From positions 47,515 to 111,514 of the IMG/VR virus record IMGVR_UViG_3300014501_000002: 64,000 nt of DNA. One strand, 5' to 3'. Every line of letters begins with the position of its first letter. Within the stretch, counting starts at the first letter, position 1. Position numbers and translations under genes: made by a program. Below the pieces are notes generated by a model. It saw only the letters and a program-made list of their open reading frames with translations. It ran no database searches and was not told where the DNA came from. Source of the DNA: a virus. Shown piece after piece: positions 19,070 through 30,127 of this stretch.

Positions 19070-19762
19070 CGGCGTTTTCTCTTCCTGAATTTCTGTATCG
19101 CTCTATGAAGCACCGGGTCGGTGAAGCTTAAGTAGTCATGCCATTCGCCAATCACGGCATCAGTCCACGTGCTTTCGATCAGGAAGATGCGGCCACGGTC
19201 TAGGATGTATTGTTGCAGTTCAGTTAGTTTCATAGCCAGCCTAGCGTAGTCGCGAGATTCGCGCATTGGGTGCAGTCCTTCGCTTCGCCCGAGTGGTTCA
19301 GGTCGTTGTGCAGTTTCGTGATTGCTTGCTCGCGAGTCTCGCTCATGCCTGCGGACCCCAAGCTTCCTGTTTAGCTTTCTCAAGAAGTTCCTCAAGCTCG
19401 ACGATTTTATCGATCGCCTGCATGAATGCCTCAGTCGTGTACCAGTTCTCGAAAAGAGTGCGGTTCTCATGGCTTCCAGAATCGCGGCCTAGCTCGACAG
19501 CCTCGGACTTCCCCGGTCGCAGTCTCCGATGACGTGCGTAATAAAGATTGTTCACAACTTCGAATCGTGCAGTGTAGTTGGCCATTATTTTACCTCCTGA
19601 GAGTATCCGCGAAACACATCTTGGATCGCCGGTTCGAATTTTCCCTTCCGGTTTTTCCAGACGTACACGCCCTGTGCCTCTAAATACTTCAGCGCGTGGC
19701 GACATCGGTAACACAAGCCACATCGAGTACACTGATACTCTATCAGACATCCGCAGCTTTGT

Positions 19763-20194
19763 CTAGCGTTCATTATCTTCGGCCCATATGGTTATCCGGG
19801 CGATGTCACTCGACGGAATGAATGTGACCGCCGCACTCGCGCCTTGGTCGACCCAGAACCCGTGTTTGCGCATGCTCTTCACGGTGCTCGCGGTATGGTC
19901 GATGGGTAGGTCCACGGGAATGCTGACCGGGAACCCGTCGTCGTAGTGGTCGCGCAGATATACAATCGCCCGGACCCGCTTGGGCCTATGTGCCAGGATT
20001 AAGGCCTCCATCCGCGAGCTTAACTTTCGGGTAGGACAGTTCCGGGCGCACTTCTGTCCTTTACAAACTAGCGCGTGCGCCTCGTACATCACAATCTCGG
20101 CATGAACTTGTTTTTTGTCCGCCTCCAATCCTCTCTTCTTGGACTCCAATGCGCGTTTCTTGATCAGGTCTCTTCGACGTCGCGCAGCGTTCAT
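19763..20194 (-). CDS. Hypothetical protein
   Basis: 143 aa in continuous - strand run. Confidence 0.55.
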   Translation of the reverse strand: MNAARRRRDLIKKRALESKKRGLEADKKQVHAEIVMYEAHALVCKGQKCARNCPTRKLSSRMEALILAHRPKRVRAIVYLRDHYDDGFPVSIPVDLPIDHTASTVKSMRKHGFWVDQGASAAVTFIPSSDIARITIWAEDNER

Positions 20195-20439
20195 TTAGGC
20201 CTCCTCGTGACAACTACATTCACATCCCATCCTCTTGCGGTCTCTGCATCCGCAGTTTTGGCAGGCGATCTTGCCAGGCGTGTCTATCATCGTACTTGTG
20301 CTCGATTTCGCAACATCCTTTTCTGTGAACCGATACGGTTGAACAATCCAATTGCCGCCGCAACTACAATCTAAATCCAGTTCTCGCTGGCGTTCAGACT
20401 CTATTGCGTCACAGTCTTCGCAAATAAATGGGTCGGGGA

Positions 20440-21036
20440 TCATATGCTTCTCCTAAGCCGAATACGCTTCGGCAATCTCTCATCTTGCAAACCGTTTCCT
20501 ACTTCGTCTGATGCCGCTAAATTGGTAATCTCATCGATCATTCCGAGACTGAACATGACGGATGATAACGAGCCGAACGATACATTCTCACCGGCCTCAA
20601 TCTTTGTTAACGTCTGTCTAGTTATTCCGGCTCGTTCAGATAATAACTTCATAGGAATGCCCCGACGTTTTCTAGCGTTTCCAATTTGCTCTCCAACTAG
20701 GCGTAAAGCACGCTGAACAGGAATTGGAAGAGGCGCCCTTGGACCCATTCTAGGATTTCCCCCAATCCCGCCCTGCCTCAGATTATAGCATTTCTCGTTG
20801 CCCAGAGTATCTTTGATGATTTTTCTTTCGTGTTCGTATGCCTCTTCTTTAAGCTGATAAGTTTTAACCGTACTTTTCTTAAACGCCTGAGCGCCATACC
20901 GGCGAATCGCTTTACGTAGCGCTGAACCGGACCCTAAATAATTGTCATCCACCTGAGAAGTTTTGTGGACCCCGTAATAAAACTCGTCGGTTATAAGGTT
21001 TGTTGTCATATAGACTTCGTAGAAAAAATTTAGCAT
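20440..21036 (-). CDS. GIY-YIG (Seg-like) endonuclease fused to XRE helix-turn-helix
   Basis: VYxTTNL...YYGVH...YLGSG...E...YNL; C-terminal ARKRR...LSERAGITRQTLTKIEAG. Confidence 0.75.
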   Translation of the reverse strand: MLNFFYEVYMTTNLITDEFYYGVHKTSQVDDNYLGSGSALRKAIRRYGAQAFKKSTVKTYQLKEEAYEHERKIIKDTLGNEKCYNLRQGGIGGNPRMGPRAPLPIPVQRALRLVGEQIGNARKRRGIPMKLLSERAGITRQTLTKIEAGENVSFGSLSSVMFSLGMIDEITNLAASDEVGNGLQDERLPKRIRLRRSI

Positions 21037-21375
21037 ATCTTATTCCTTATCCACATCCACGTGAGTTGCGCCTGCATAACCAATCCTTGCCAGGACGCAG
21101 CGATCATCGGCCAGTTGTCCGTCCTCAAAATACCGTGCTGAGGACACAGAAAAAATTCGAAAAGTTGATTCATTAGCACATCCATCCATTCGAAAGCTTC
21201 TTCATGACTTCCATGAGCCCGTCGAGTTCCCTAGCGATCAACATCGCCGTATCGTAACCGATTTCCTCAAGCGTTAGTTCGTCCTGAATCTTTGTCATCC
21301 TATAAACAGATTTCGTCGTAAACCGAAACCAACCTAAATTATCGACGTACAAATCCGCAATAAGCGTCTCATCTG

Positions 21376-22530
21376 TCATTCACCCTCCGTCCGAAAGGTT
21401 TGGTCATCGCCTCGCGGCTTAATGCTTTTCCAGATTAGCACAGACGGATCTTTCTTGTCAAGCATTGCGAAAAGAACTGATCGCAATTCGACCGGCTGTT
21501 CGGACACGAATTTCGCGAATTTAGCTCGGTACTCTCGATCTTGCAATTCCTCCGTCGGCAAATTCGTGACCCAGCGGTACGGGCGTTTGTCGTAGGCATT
21601 AATGGACCGCTGTAAAATATCGTCGTGCTCTTGAGTAAGCTTGTTTGCCCATGATGATAACCATCGTTTGAAATTCTCCGGCGCCGTGACAAACTCATCT
21701 AAACTCTTTCCTTCGGACAGCAACTCCCACACGCTGCGCGCGTTCATGCCGGTCACGATCTTGTGCAGCCGGACGTAGTCGGCCATCTTAATTTTGACCT
21801 TGAGCGGCGGACATAGCGGAAGGTTGTACGTTACGACGTAACCCTCCTCATTCGGGATGTTGTCCTGCATGCAGTCGTGGATGTTGCGACCCTCGATTCG
21901 CTGGGCCACGCGGAAACCATCGCGCTCTCCGATATGCTTCACGATGTGGTGCGGCCGCTCCTGCCCGGTCGCGCGGTCGATCATTCCGATCAGGACCAGG
22001 CCTTCGTACGGATACTGCACGACGATCCGATTCTCGTTGTAGATGATTTCGAACAGCCACGTGTAATCGTCTCCGCGAGGCAAGAATGCGTATTCTGCCC
22101 CTCCTACGCGACCTTGCACGCGGTCGGTCAGCCACTTCGTCGCCCATACAGCTTGCGGACTCGTGAAGCTGCCGCGCGTGGCAACGCCGTACTGGTCGTC
22201 GAACTGCCACAGAATGCCGAGACTACCGTCAAGCTTCTCAAGGATTGTTGGCGTCGTCTTCGGGAGATTTATTTCAAGCGTATCCGGAACGCTTAAGGTG
22301 TTCAGGTTATGAAATTTAGGAAAAGGGCGTGAAATGATATTGTCATCATCGTCGACAATTAGTCCGCGGCAATATGCAAGAGTGCCGTCACGCCAGTCTC
22401 CTTCGAATTGAGCATGCTGTGTGTAGTTGTAGATTCTCAAAGGGAGCGTTGGGTGTCGTTGCGCGCCCACAAGATGATTGTGCGCGTGCTTCACAAGGAG
22501 ATCGGTGTCCAAGAGGTCGTAAAGCTTCAC
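21376..22530 (-). CDS. T4 Rnl1-type RNA ligase
   Basis: CRGL, FPKFHN, EKLDGS (motif I), ATRGSF, FEII, EGYVV, VKIK. Confidence 0.92.
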   Translation of the reverse strand: MKLYDLLDTDLLVKHAHNHLVGAQRHPTLPLRIYNYTQHAQFEGDWRDGTLAYCRGLIVDDDDNIISRPFPKFHNLNTLSVPDTLEINLPKTTPTILEKLDGSLGILWQFDDQYGVATRGSFTSPQAVWATKWLTDRVQGRVGGAEYAFLPRGDDYTWLFEIIYNENRIVVQYPYEGLVLIGMIDRATGQERPHHIVKHIGERDGFRVAQRIEGRNIHDCMQDNIPNEEGYVVTYNLPLCPPLKVKIKMADYVRLHKIVTGMNARSVWELLSEGKSLDEFVTAPENFKRWLSSWANKLTQEHDDILQRSINAYDKRPYRWVTNLPTEELQDREYRAKFAKFVSEQPVELRSVLFAMLDKKDPSVLIWKSIKPRGDDQTFRTEGE

Positions 22531-22730
22531 GGCCGCGTCCAGAAATTCACGATCTTAGTCACACCCGGCTGCAGCGGACCCCAATCGAATACGGGTGGAT
22601 GTATCGTGAAAAAGATGGCTAGCGTCGCCACAATCACCACAGTCAGGATCACGTAAAGTATACTAAGCCATTTGATCAAAGCCATGTTTACCTCCTTCTG
22701 TTTATTCGATTTTCCATATCCTCGACGCAC
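22527..22730 (-). CDS. Small membrane protein
   Basis: Single TM segment; probable start MALIKW after GGAGG. Confidence 0.5.
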   Translation of the reverse strand: MRRGYGKSNKQKEVNMALIKWLSILYVILTVVIVATLAIFFTIHPPVFDWGPLQPGVTKIVNFWTRP

Positions 22731-22883
22731 GCCGGGCAGCTTCGAAAGAAATGGTCCGAGTCTAATTCGCGGTGATTATGCTTCGCCGGTTCGATGGACG
22801 TCAGTACGGTGTCTATGATCCGCCACGCGGATAACGCCGCGCCCAGCACAATTAGGATAACAATTTGGTCGTCGCGTGTCAAG

Positions 22884-23129
22884 TTATTCCTTGTGTGTCG
22901 TAGTTTGAGCCTCAAGAAAATCGGCGATCTGCCGGAGGCAACCTTCGTCGAATATAGCTTGCGACGCCTGGAATGTATACTTACGCCACGGCGCGTACCA
23001 ATAGACTCCACCGAGGTCTGCACCGCCGGGTGACGCCTGGACGGTCCAGCGCTTTGTTTTCCCGGACGGGCTAGTGCCCGCGTCCGTGAATTTGATGAAT
23101 GTCTTTTCGGTCATTTCTTTCCTCCACAA
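22884..23129 (-). CDS. Hypothetical phage protein
   Basis: SGKT..W...LG.V.WYAPWRKYxF motif. Confidence 0.6.
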   Translation of the reverse strand: MWRKEMTEKTFIKFTDAGTSPSGKTKRWTVQASPGGADLGGVYWYAPWRKYTFQASQAIFDEGCLRQIADFLEAQTTTHKE

Positions 23130-23172
23130 ACGAATTTAAATACTTTATCGGTCAAGTATCCCAAATGGTAAG

Positions 23173-23580
23173 CTACGGTTTAGGATACACGATCAGGATA
23201 CGTTTGTCAACCTGTGTTCTTGCGAACCGTACGGTGGACCAGGTTCCGGACCGAATCACTTCATACGGTAGTGCGGGCGCCGCGATCAGAACTTGGGACT
23301 GATTCACGATCTTCCGGTTGCGTACCAGGAAATCGTCTTCCGGCTCGACGCGATCCCACAACGCGTACGCGCGGAGCCGGGGAATTTTTCCGGGGAACAC
23401 CCACTGCTTGTATCCGATCTTCGTCGACATTATTGCCGCGGTCTGGTCTGCACCGATGCAATCTCCGTGCAAGAACCAATTCGGCGTCCACGCTGTATAA
23501 AACTTGAACAGAAGGTTACGCACACCCTCGGTTTGTTTCGCGGTCGTGCCGCGCTGTGTACCGGTGAATCCAACGTTCAT
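23173..23580 (-). CDS. SLOG-superfamily (YspA/DprA-like) protein
   Basis: GFTGT, HGDCIGAD, RNRxIV, SGTWxT. Confidence 0.7.
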   Translation of the reverse strand: MNVGFTGTQRGTTAKQTEGVRNLLFKFYTAWTPNWFLHGDCIGADQTAAIMSTKIGYKQWVFPGKIPRLRAYALWDRVEPEDDFLVRNRKIVNQSQVLIAAPALPYEVIRSGTWSTVRFARTQVDKRILIVYPKP

Positions 23581-24044
23581 GAATTTATCCGGTTAACCCA
23601 TCCGATAACGAATCCCCGCTCTGATGGCTTCTCTGCTCCGATCGCAAATGCGCGACGAACAAATTCAGTCCTATACTTGAGCAATAAAGTAACAGGCTCT
23701 GCGCTGTTGACCGCCGCGAGAGTCTCCTCACCGAAAACTCCGTCCGCAGTTATGTCAAGAGCGGTTTGGATCGCTTCGATCGCGGTACGGACACCAAACA
23801 GGACGCCCAAATCGAAAAGCTTCGACGCGATGGATTGGCTTTCAATTTGGCTATAAAATGGTTTCCAGTAACTTTGAACGTAATAATTCTCGGCCTGTTC
23901 CACGGTCAACGCGCGCATGTCTTGGCCGGGCATGTCCGCTTGCGTGATACCCATATTCGTGACGCCGCCCGGATCATTGGGGTTATTAACGTACCCGCCT
24001 TCGTGCACGAGTGTTAAAGCTATCGCTATTTTCGGATCGGCCAT
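23577..24044 (-). CDS. Endolysin, glycoside hydrolase family 108 with PG-binding segment
   Basis: HEGGYVNNPNDPGGVTNMGIT; ADGVFGEET; GWVNR. Confidence 0.92.
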   Translation of the reverse strand: MADPKIAIALTLVHEGGYVNNPNDPGGVTNMGITQADMPGQDMRALTVEQAENYYVQSYWKPFYSQIESQSIASKLFDLGVLFGVRTAIEAIQTALDITADGVFGEETLAAVNSAEPVTLLLKYRTEFVRRAFAIGAEKPSERGFVIGWVNRINS

Positions 24045-24045
24045 G

Positions 24046-24687
24046 TTACTCTCCTGTGTTTAGTTCGTACGTCGATAATTCTGCGACGCACGTGAACTTC
24101 GTATCGTAAAACGGTGTTGCGAATGAATGGTTTATATGGTAGTGCCCGAACACCCATTCCTTCGGTTGGTGCGCATCCAACATACACTGCAGCGCTTGCG
24201 CGGTCCGGCTGTACTGGCAATCGCCTTTTGCCGCGAAGTACGTGCCATCAAGGCCGTGTAGAAGCACCGCGGCCGCTTTCGATGGCGCCTCGTGACTCAG
24301 CACATAATCTGGTTTGGTCGAGGTGTAGAGTTGAATCGCCTTGTCTAGTTCTGCGTAGCTCAATTCCTCATCATTCCACCAGCTTACGCCTTCGACACGA
24401 ATCGCACGGTCGATAGACCAGGCCCCCGCGAGATAGAACAATCGGTCGGCGGGCAAGTATCCGTAATCTCCGAGATAATTCGGATTCGCACGACACTTTT
24501 CTGGATTGTCGTGATTGCCGCGGAACCAATGATGATTTTGCGTCATTTCATGTAATCCCACGCCGGGGAAACCAATTCCCATATCCCCAACTTGAAATGT
24601 GCGTACACCCTCATACTTCTGCCGCAGCATCTTCTGATACTGCTGAGTCTTACCGTGAACGTCACCGATCACTACTATTCTTGCCAT
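24046..24687 (-). CDS. Calcineurin-like metallophosphoesterase
   Basis: GDVHG, VGDMG, GNHD, SHEAP, FGHYH; start MARIV after GGAGG. Confidence 0.88.
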   Translation of the reverse strand: MARIVVIGDVHGKTQQYQKMLRQKYEGVRTFQVGDMGIGFPGVGLHEMTQNHHWFRGNHDNPEKCRANPNYLGDYGYLPADRLFYLAGAWSIDRAIRVEGVSWWNDEELSYAELDKAIQLYTSTKPDYVLSHEAPSKAAAVLLHGLDGTYFAAKGDCQYSRTAQALQCMLDAHQPKEWVFGHYHINHSFATPFYDTKFTCVAELSTYELNTGE

Positions 24688-24981
24688 GTTAAAACCTCCC
24701 GCAGGGCTGTCCATACACCCCACCTGTTCTTTCACAATATTCTTCGGTTTCGCCGCAAAACGGACAATGTTTCTTCATTGCGTTACGCCGATTCAACTCT
24801 TCTTGTAATTCTTGTTCCGTAAAATCCTTAAGTTCTTTTTCCATGTTCAGATTCTCCAGTGTTTATTTACTTTTCGTGCCATGAATTCTCTCCCTCCACC
24901 ATTTACTCAAACGTCGCGCAATTTCCACAATAACCAGCCATAATATCGCGGCCCAAAACATTATCTCTGTGCTCACTGGAT

Positions 24982-25527
24982 TCACGGCCGGGTACCGGGT
25001 TGAACGAGTCCGGCGTTGATGCGACGGCTCACATCGGTTTGACGTTGCGCATGCCTACGCTTCGCGTGAAATCTAAAGCGTATAATGTCCGCGGCCTTAT
25101 CGACGCATCGAGTGATGTCGGGTTGGTTCTTGTCACCCTTAATCTCTGCTCGCAAGCTGACGAGGTCAAAGAACAGGTTCGTTAGATGCAGCAATTCCAA
25201 GGTCAGAGGATGACGATGCGGCCGAAACCTCTGTTTTGCAACGGATGCGGCGCCTAACACGCCCTTGCGTGTGGTCTGCGATGCTAGCACCGGAGATTCG
25301 TCTTCGAAGTACGGGTCGCCTTCCTTGTCATGCGTTGCATAGACTGGTGTGCAAATCTTCGTCGAGTAATGTCGGTCGCCACAGATGGCGCACTTATACA
25401 TCTTGCCGAGTTGTGGATTGCGGTCGGTGTAAGACTTCGCGCGACGGTCGTTGATAAATTTCGCGATCTGAGCCTGTAACGCTTTCTGTTTCGGATCGAC
25501 ACTATCCAGCATGTTTATTTTAATCAT
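24982..25527 (-). CDS. Hypothetical Zn-finger protein
   Basis: CAICxxRH...C; GGAGG RBS. Confidence 0.6.
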   Translation of the reverse strand: MIKINMLDSVDPKQKALQAQIAKFINDRRAKSYTDRNPQLGKMYKCAICGDRHYSTKICTPVYATHDKEGDPYFEDESPVLASQTTRKGVLGAASVAKQRFRPHRHPLTLELLHLTNLFFDLVSLRAEIKGDKNQPDITRCVDKAADIIRFRFHAKRRHAQRQTDVSRRINAGLVQPGTRP

Positions 25528-26559
25528 ATGCCTCCTTATGGTTTGATCAGCATGCCCTTCAACATTTTACGGTCGTACTCGTTTAACCGGAGAACATTCA
25601 CATCATCGTACACGGTTTGTTTGAACGCGCTCCCAGCAAGTTTATTAACCCGTTCGTAGTAGGTTGTTCCGTCTGCACACACATGATCCGATGGGCGACC
25701 GGTGTATTCTGCCCGGCAATGAAAACAAACGAACGGGGACGGTTCAAACAGCATTGACGCGTGCTTTTTCTTCCTGCGCAACCTGATATAACAACGCGTC
25801 GTACTGCGCGAGCAAGAAGCGTGTATCGTCGCCTGTGACCGCCAGCTTACTGTTTAGGTTGTTGCGAATCCCGGAAATGATTTGCTCCGGAGTCCGGTCC
25901 GCTAGCTTCTGCTTGTTGCTCTTGTTAACCGCGTTCTCGGCGGCCTTTCCTACATTATGTCCCATGTATCCTCCTTTGTTTACAATTAAAGATGCCTTTC
26001 TCTAGCAACGGCGAACGGCCACAAGACCAAATTCCCATCAAAATCAAAATGTGATGGGTAACCCTCGACTGCCAAACGATCCTGTAACTTTTTCAATTCG
26101 ATCATTCCGACTCGTTTCTCTCGTGCTAGCTCAGCCTTATGGGCATCGACGGCGGCTTTCTTTACTGGATTGCACGGCGAGCCTCGGTGAAAATCGTTCT
26201 CATGACAGAACTCACAAAATTCATGATTTCCCATGTATCCTCCTTTTATTTCTCGTATGCTGGGTCGAGCGGATGACGTTCAAAACCATGACGCCGCAGC
26301 TTCGTTGCACAATCTCGACACTTCTTGATTTCCGTGATGGCTGTTTCTCGGAAAATATAAGTGTTGCTGGTAAGTGGTATCGGCACCTTACTAACCGACC
26401 CGTGCGGACACTTAATGAAAATTACCGAAAGAAAACCTGGGTCGGACGCTGGCGGCGCGAGTGTCGCCGCCCCTAATTCTAGAAACTCTTGCATGTCCTT
26501 AATCGCGCTTATTGCGCTAGACGTAATGCCGTACACATGACTGAACGCCATTTGCCCTC

Positions 26560-27234
26560 CTATTCTTTCGGCCGAATTCCGTGAAATATATCGCTCAGTC
26601 TGAGGCCACCCTCATAACACCCGCTAATGTCCGCGGATGGCGATCGACCATTATTCAACGAATCATACCCGGTTGTCAAGAACAAAACGCGACCTTGTTG
26701 CGGATCAGGTTCGAATGGCACAACCATCTTACCACGTTCTTCCAGCGTAATCAAGTTAACTAATTCGATGTAATCGATGAATTCTTTCTGCCGAGCGCTG
26801 ATCTTCTCGTGCTTTAACCCGTACGCGCGCTGCACATCGGCCTTGCTGATCAAATCAATGCGGGGCACCTTCTCGCGTACCACGGGGCGCCATATATGCC
26901 CTAGGTTGTCCGACGCGGGAAAGCCGGGCTCGCACCGCGCGACGATGCCTTTCTTCTTTTTGAACGCCCATAAAGCTTGCCCGATCTTCGTCAGTTCTAC
27001 AGCCTCATGGTAAGTGGTCCATTTCCTGCACTTACAGTGCACCGGCATCCGATAGTACTCCGGAATTTTCTTCAGTTCTTCGAGATAGGGTTTCTCCTCC
27101 TTCTCATCTTTGCGCGCGTTCTTGACGCAAATGTAGCGCTCGTTTGGCATCATATCGTCTTCGAGCACTTGACCGCGGTTCCGTAACGGGTTGCAAGTGT
27201 GAACCTTGACCGAAAAATATACGACATGGCCCAT
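26560..27234 (-). CDS. Hypothetical protein downstream of the 35-bp motif
   Basis: 224 aa ORF. Confidence 0.6.
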   Translation of the reverse strand: MGHVVYFSVKVHTCNPLRNRGQVLEDDMMPNERYICVKNARKDEKEEKPYLEELKKIPEYYRMPVHCKCRKWTTYHEAVELTKIGQALWAFKKKKGIVARCEPGFPASDNLGHIWRPVVREKVPRIDLISKADVQRAYGLKHEKISARQKEFIDYIELVNLITLEERGKMVVPFEPDPQQGRVLFLTTGYDSLNNGRSPSADISGCYEGGLRLSDIFHGIRPKE

Positions 27235-27241
27235 CGGAGTC

Positions 27242-27685
27242 CTACCTTTCGGAGCTATCTTCCTCTCCTAATATAGGTTCTGATCTAGGCACGCTTTTCG
27301 GGCGCCCTTTAGGCTTTCCAAGTGGGCCGGAACCGTTGGCGCGCTGCCCTTGCGAAACCCTTTTTATAGAACGGATCAGGGACCGAACCGCAACAATGGA
27401 AAGCGGTAAATCCTCCGCGATCTGGCCTTCTGTGTAATGTTTGCGGTAATAAAGTTGAATCACGCGCATCCACCGACCTGCGCGAGCCCGTTGCTTAGGA
27501 TTATGCGCCAGCTTCGGAAACGATTTGAGCAGTATTTCACGAATGCTCGTATCACTCTTCGTCCACTCCGGATCTTCACGTTCGCTTTGACGAACGATGA
27601 TGATCTGATGCCCTGAAGTGAATACGTCATTGTGATCGATTTTCCGACGCAATCTTCCAGCGATCCCTCGCGGGCTATTATTCAT
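27242..27685 (-). CDS. Sigma70 region-4-like HTH transcription factor
   Basis: RVIQLYYRKHYTEGQIAEDLPLSIVAVRSLI resembles the sigma r4 HTH. Confidence 0.6.
   Translation of the reverse strand: MNNSPRGIAGRLRRKIDHNDVFTSGHQIIIVRQSEREDPEWTKSDTSIREILLKSFPKLAHNPKQRARAGRWMRVIQLYYRKHYTEGQIAEDLPLSIVAVRSLIRSIKRVSQGQRANGSGPLGKPKGRPKSVPRSEPILGEEDSSER
27263..27297 (-). promoter_or_regulatory. 35-bp conserved motif copy A (candidate phage late promoter)
   Basis: AAAGCGTGCCTAGATCAGAACCTATATTAGGAGAG, 33/35 identical to copies at 48406 and 48858. Confidence 0.7.
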
Positions 27686-28012
27686 TTATACTCCGGGTTT
27701 AAGTTCTTCGATATCCTGACACACGTCCGATGTATCGTCTAATTCTGTGTTGACACCGGCGCGACCGTCACCACGTGAATGATCAAGTTCTCGGTCAAAC
27801 TGATGGCTCTGGAAATGAACTAGCTTATCGGCTTCGTCCGTTGTTGGATTGTACCGGCGACCGATCGTCTTCAATTGATCCTGCCGTTCGTGAATCAGTG
27901 TATCATCACCGTACGCCGAACGTCCGCTGCAAATATAGCGAAAATTCGGTGAGACCGCCCCGTCGATCTCGATAAAATTAGGGCACTTCTCGACTTCACA
28001 TTGTATTTTCAT
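27686..28012 (-). CDS. Hypothetical protein
   Basis: 108 aa, coupled to neighbours. Confidence 0.6.
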   Translation of the reverse strand: MKIQCEVEKCPNFIEIDGAVSPNFRYICSGRSAYGDDTLIHERQDQLKTIGRRYNPTTDEADKLVHFQSHQFDRELDHSRGDGRAGVNTELDDTSDVCQDIEELKPGV

Positions 28013-29217
28013 TACTCTTCCTCCGGTCCATCATCGTCTGCGAATAGCTCGTCCAATTCGCTACTGTCAGACTTTTTAAAATTTAAATCTCTGTAATTCT
28101 TATCGTTCAACACGAATGCTTGGAAGTACGGATCACGTGTGTCGTCATGCGGGTACTTTACCCCGAACGTATCGTCCCACGTATTCGTGGCCCACGCATT
28201 CACGATCCCTTGAATCTGCCGCCCGGCAACGCGGCCCGCGACCGCTGCCTCTTCGGCTGTGATGAGCGCGGCATTGAACTGCACACGGCAACACGTCAGC
28301 GATGATTCTTGTACCTTGACGGCGTTGGTCTCTAACCACTCGAACTTACGCGCCTGGGACAACTTTGTGTTCTCTAACGCACCTTTGGCGTTGCGGCCTT
28401 GTGCCTTATCCATCTCCGTGATGAAATAGTCATTCACGACGAGGTAAATGAAGTCGTCGCCTTCTGCAGCTACGACGGCCTCCGATCCCGCCTTAAACAC
28501 GCCCGCATCCTCCAGAAGCATCACGCTCTTGCCCTTGGAGAAGTTGCTGTTCGCTTTCTTGAACCACAAAAACGCGACCGTGCGAATGTTCGAGAGCCAC
28601 GAGTACCGACGCAACTGCATGTCGTACCGCGACATCCCCTGCGCCTCATGGAAATCTTTGGCGCCGGTCTTGATGTCGACAATCAACGGGCGAAAAATCC
28701 CGAACTCCGGCTTCCATTCCATCTTCGGAAGCATCGGATGATTCGGTTGCACGTAGCACACGATGTCCAGCTTCCCCGCGTCTTCAATTTCACCGTACGT
28801 CTGGTCGCCGGGGTAAACTTCCTTCGCATACTCGCGCTGAAAAATCGATTGGGCGCCCATGGGGATCGGGAACACCGGCTGCTTGATCATGTATAGCCGC
28901 ATCATATCGCGACCGCAGCGGTCCAAGTTCTCCCAAGTCTTCTCAGTCTTGGTGAACTTCAACTCCTTGTCGTCTTTATGCACGGCCCACTTCGCGATGA
29001 ACGTCTCTAGGCCTCGTGTGCCGTTGTTCTCGTGGTAGAACTGAATGGCCTCTTCAAGCGCGCGGCCGAACTTGAACGCGGCTTTATTATCCTTCTCGCG
29101 CCAGCCTAGCACACGTCGGAGATAATATTTCGACGGCGACTGGTCGAAGTCATTACCCGCGCTGTACGAGTGTTTCCGCCACGGAATTCCGCGGGTTGTT
29201 ATGTAAAGGAAGGGCAT
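28012..29217 (-). CDS. PD-(D/E)XK (RecB/Cas4-like) exonuclease
   Basis: HSYS, GKLD, IVDIKTG, QLRRY. Confidence 0.8.
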   Translation of the reverse strand: MPFLYITTRGIPWRKHSYSAGNDFDQSPSKYYLRRVLGWREKDNKAAFKFGRALEEAIQFYHENNGTRGLETFIAKWAVHKDDKELKFTKTEKTWENLDRCGRDMMRLYMIKQPVFPIPMGAQSIFQREYAKEVYPGDQTYGEIEDAGKLDIVCYVQPNHPMLPKMEWKPEFGIFRPLIVDIKTGAKDFHEAQGMSRYDMQLRRYSWLSNIRTVAFLWFKKANSNFSKGKSVMLLEDAGVFKAGSEAVVAAEGDDFIYLVVNDYFITEMDKAQGRNAKGALENTKLSQARKFEWLETNAVKVQESSLTCCRVQFNAALITAEEAAVAGRVAGRQIQGIVNAWATNTWDDTFGVKYPHDDTRDPYFQAFVLNDKNYRDLNFKKSDSSELDELFADDDGPEEE

Positions 29218-29732
29218 GATCTCTCCAAGTTTGCTACCAGCATTTTCAATTCACGCAGAGTAGCATTATTTTTGATCGTATTAGCTCTATGACTTATTAC
29301 CCAACAGTTTTCTTTGTTGTACCCTTTCGTTGAATCAATTCTGTCGACAGACGGACTGTTAAAGCTGGTTTTCTTGTTCGTAACCCGAATTTTGATTCCT
29401 AATAAAGGACAGTTTTTCGGCACAATTAAATCTATCGGATGAAGAGAGAAGTCGATTCCTAGCTCCTTCGCTCGATTCCTAGCTGAGTCCCACAACATCC
29501 AAGCTTTCGTGCCCCACAAACCGTGTTTGAAACCTTTCGGTTTGCAATATTTGCATGCTGAGACTCGGCCGGATCGAATCATATAGCCGCGATTGCTCAC
29601 GGTCATCCCACAATCGCACAACACTCTATACCACACCTCCGAATGACCGCCAGAGATTCGATCTTTCGCCCGGGAGACAACAGTTAGTTTCCCAAACTTT
29701 CTCCCGATAATGGGTATTAATGGACGCCCCAT
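29199..29732 (-). CDS. HNH-type homing endonuclease
   Basis: FGKLTV...CDCG; CPLLG...SPSVDRIDSTKGYxxxN...ANxIK; AT-rich. Confidence 0.8.
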   Translation of the reverse strand: MGRPLIPIIGRKFGKLTVVSRAKDRISGGHSEVWYRVLCDCGMTVSNRGYMIRSGRVSACKYCKPKGFKHGLWGTKAWMLWDSARNRAKELGIDFSLHPIDLIVPKNCPLLGIKIRVTNKKTSFNSPSVDRIDSTKGYNKENCWVISHRANTIKNNATLRELKMLVANLERSCPSFT

Positions 29733-30127
29733 TATTCACACCTCGGGTCAGTGAATGTGAACGTGCCGTCAATTCTATACTTCTCAAAATCCAGGTCAGT
29801 CTCTTTGTCGCCATCTGTAGCCGCGACCCACTCGTAAAACAAATCGGTCATGTCGATGTCAACCAGGATGAAGTAGTCGTGCCCACTGTTGTCGCTGTGA
29901 ATTGCGTAGCGTTGCGGCTCGTTAGTCTTCGTCTTCATCGTTCTCCTCCGCAATACCGAATCCGTCGTGCATCCACTCTTCTTCAAAATCACTGATGTGG
30001 AACCCATCTGCAATCCGGTTCGCCTCGTCCAATTCTTCTTGACAACTGACGCAGATGTTGTACCCGTCCTCGACATAATCAGCGAAGGCGGTTTCATCCA
30101 AAAAGAAATTACAGATATCGCAGCGGT

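Noticed and set aside
28012-29217. Cas4 of a CRISPR system
   Set aside because: No Fe-S cysteine cluster, cas1/cas2 or array; context is phage recombination
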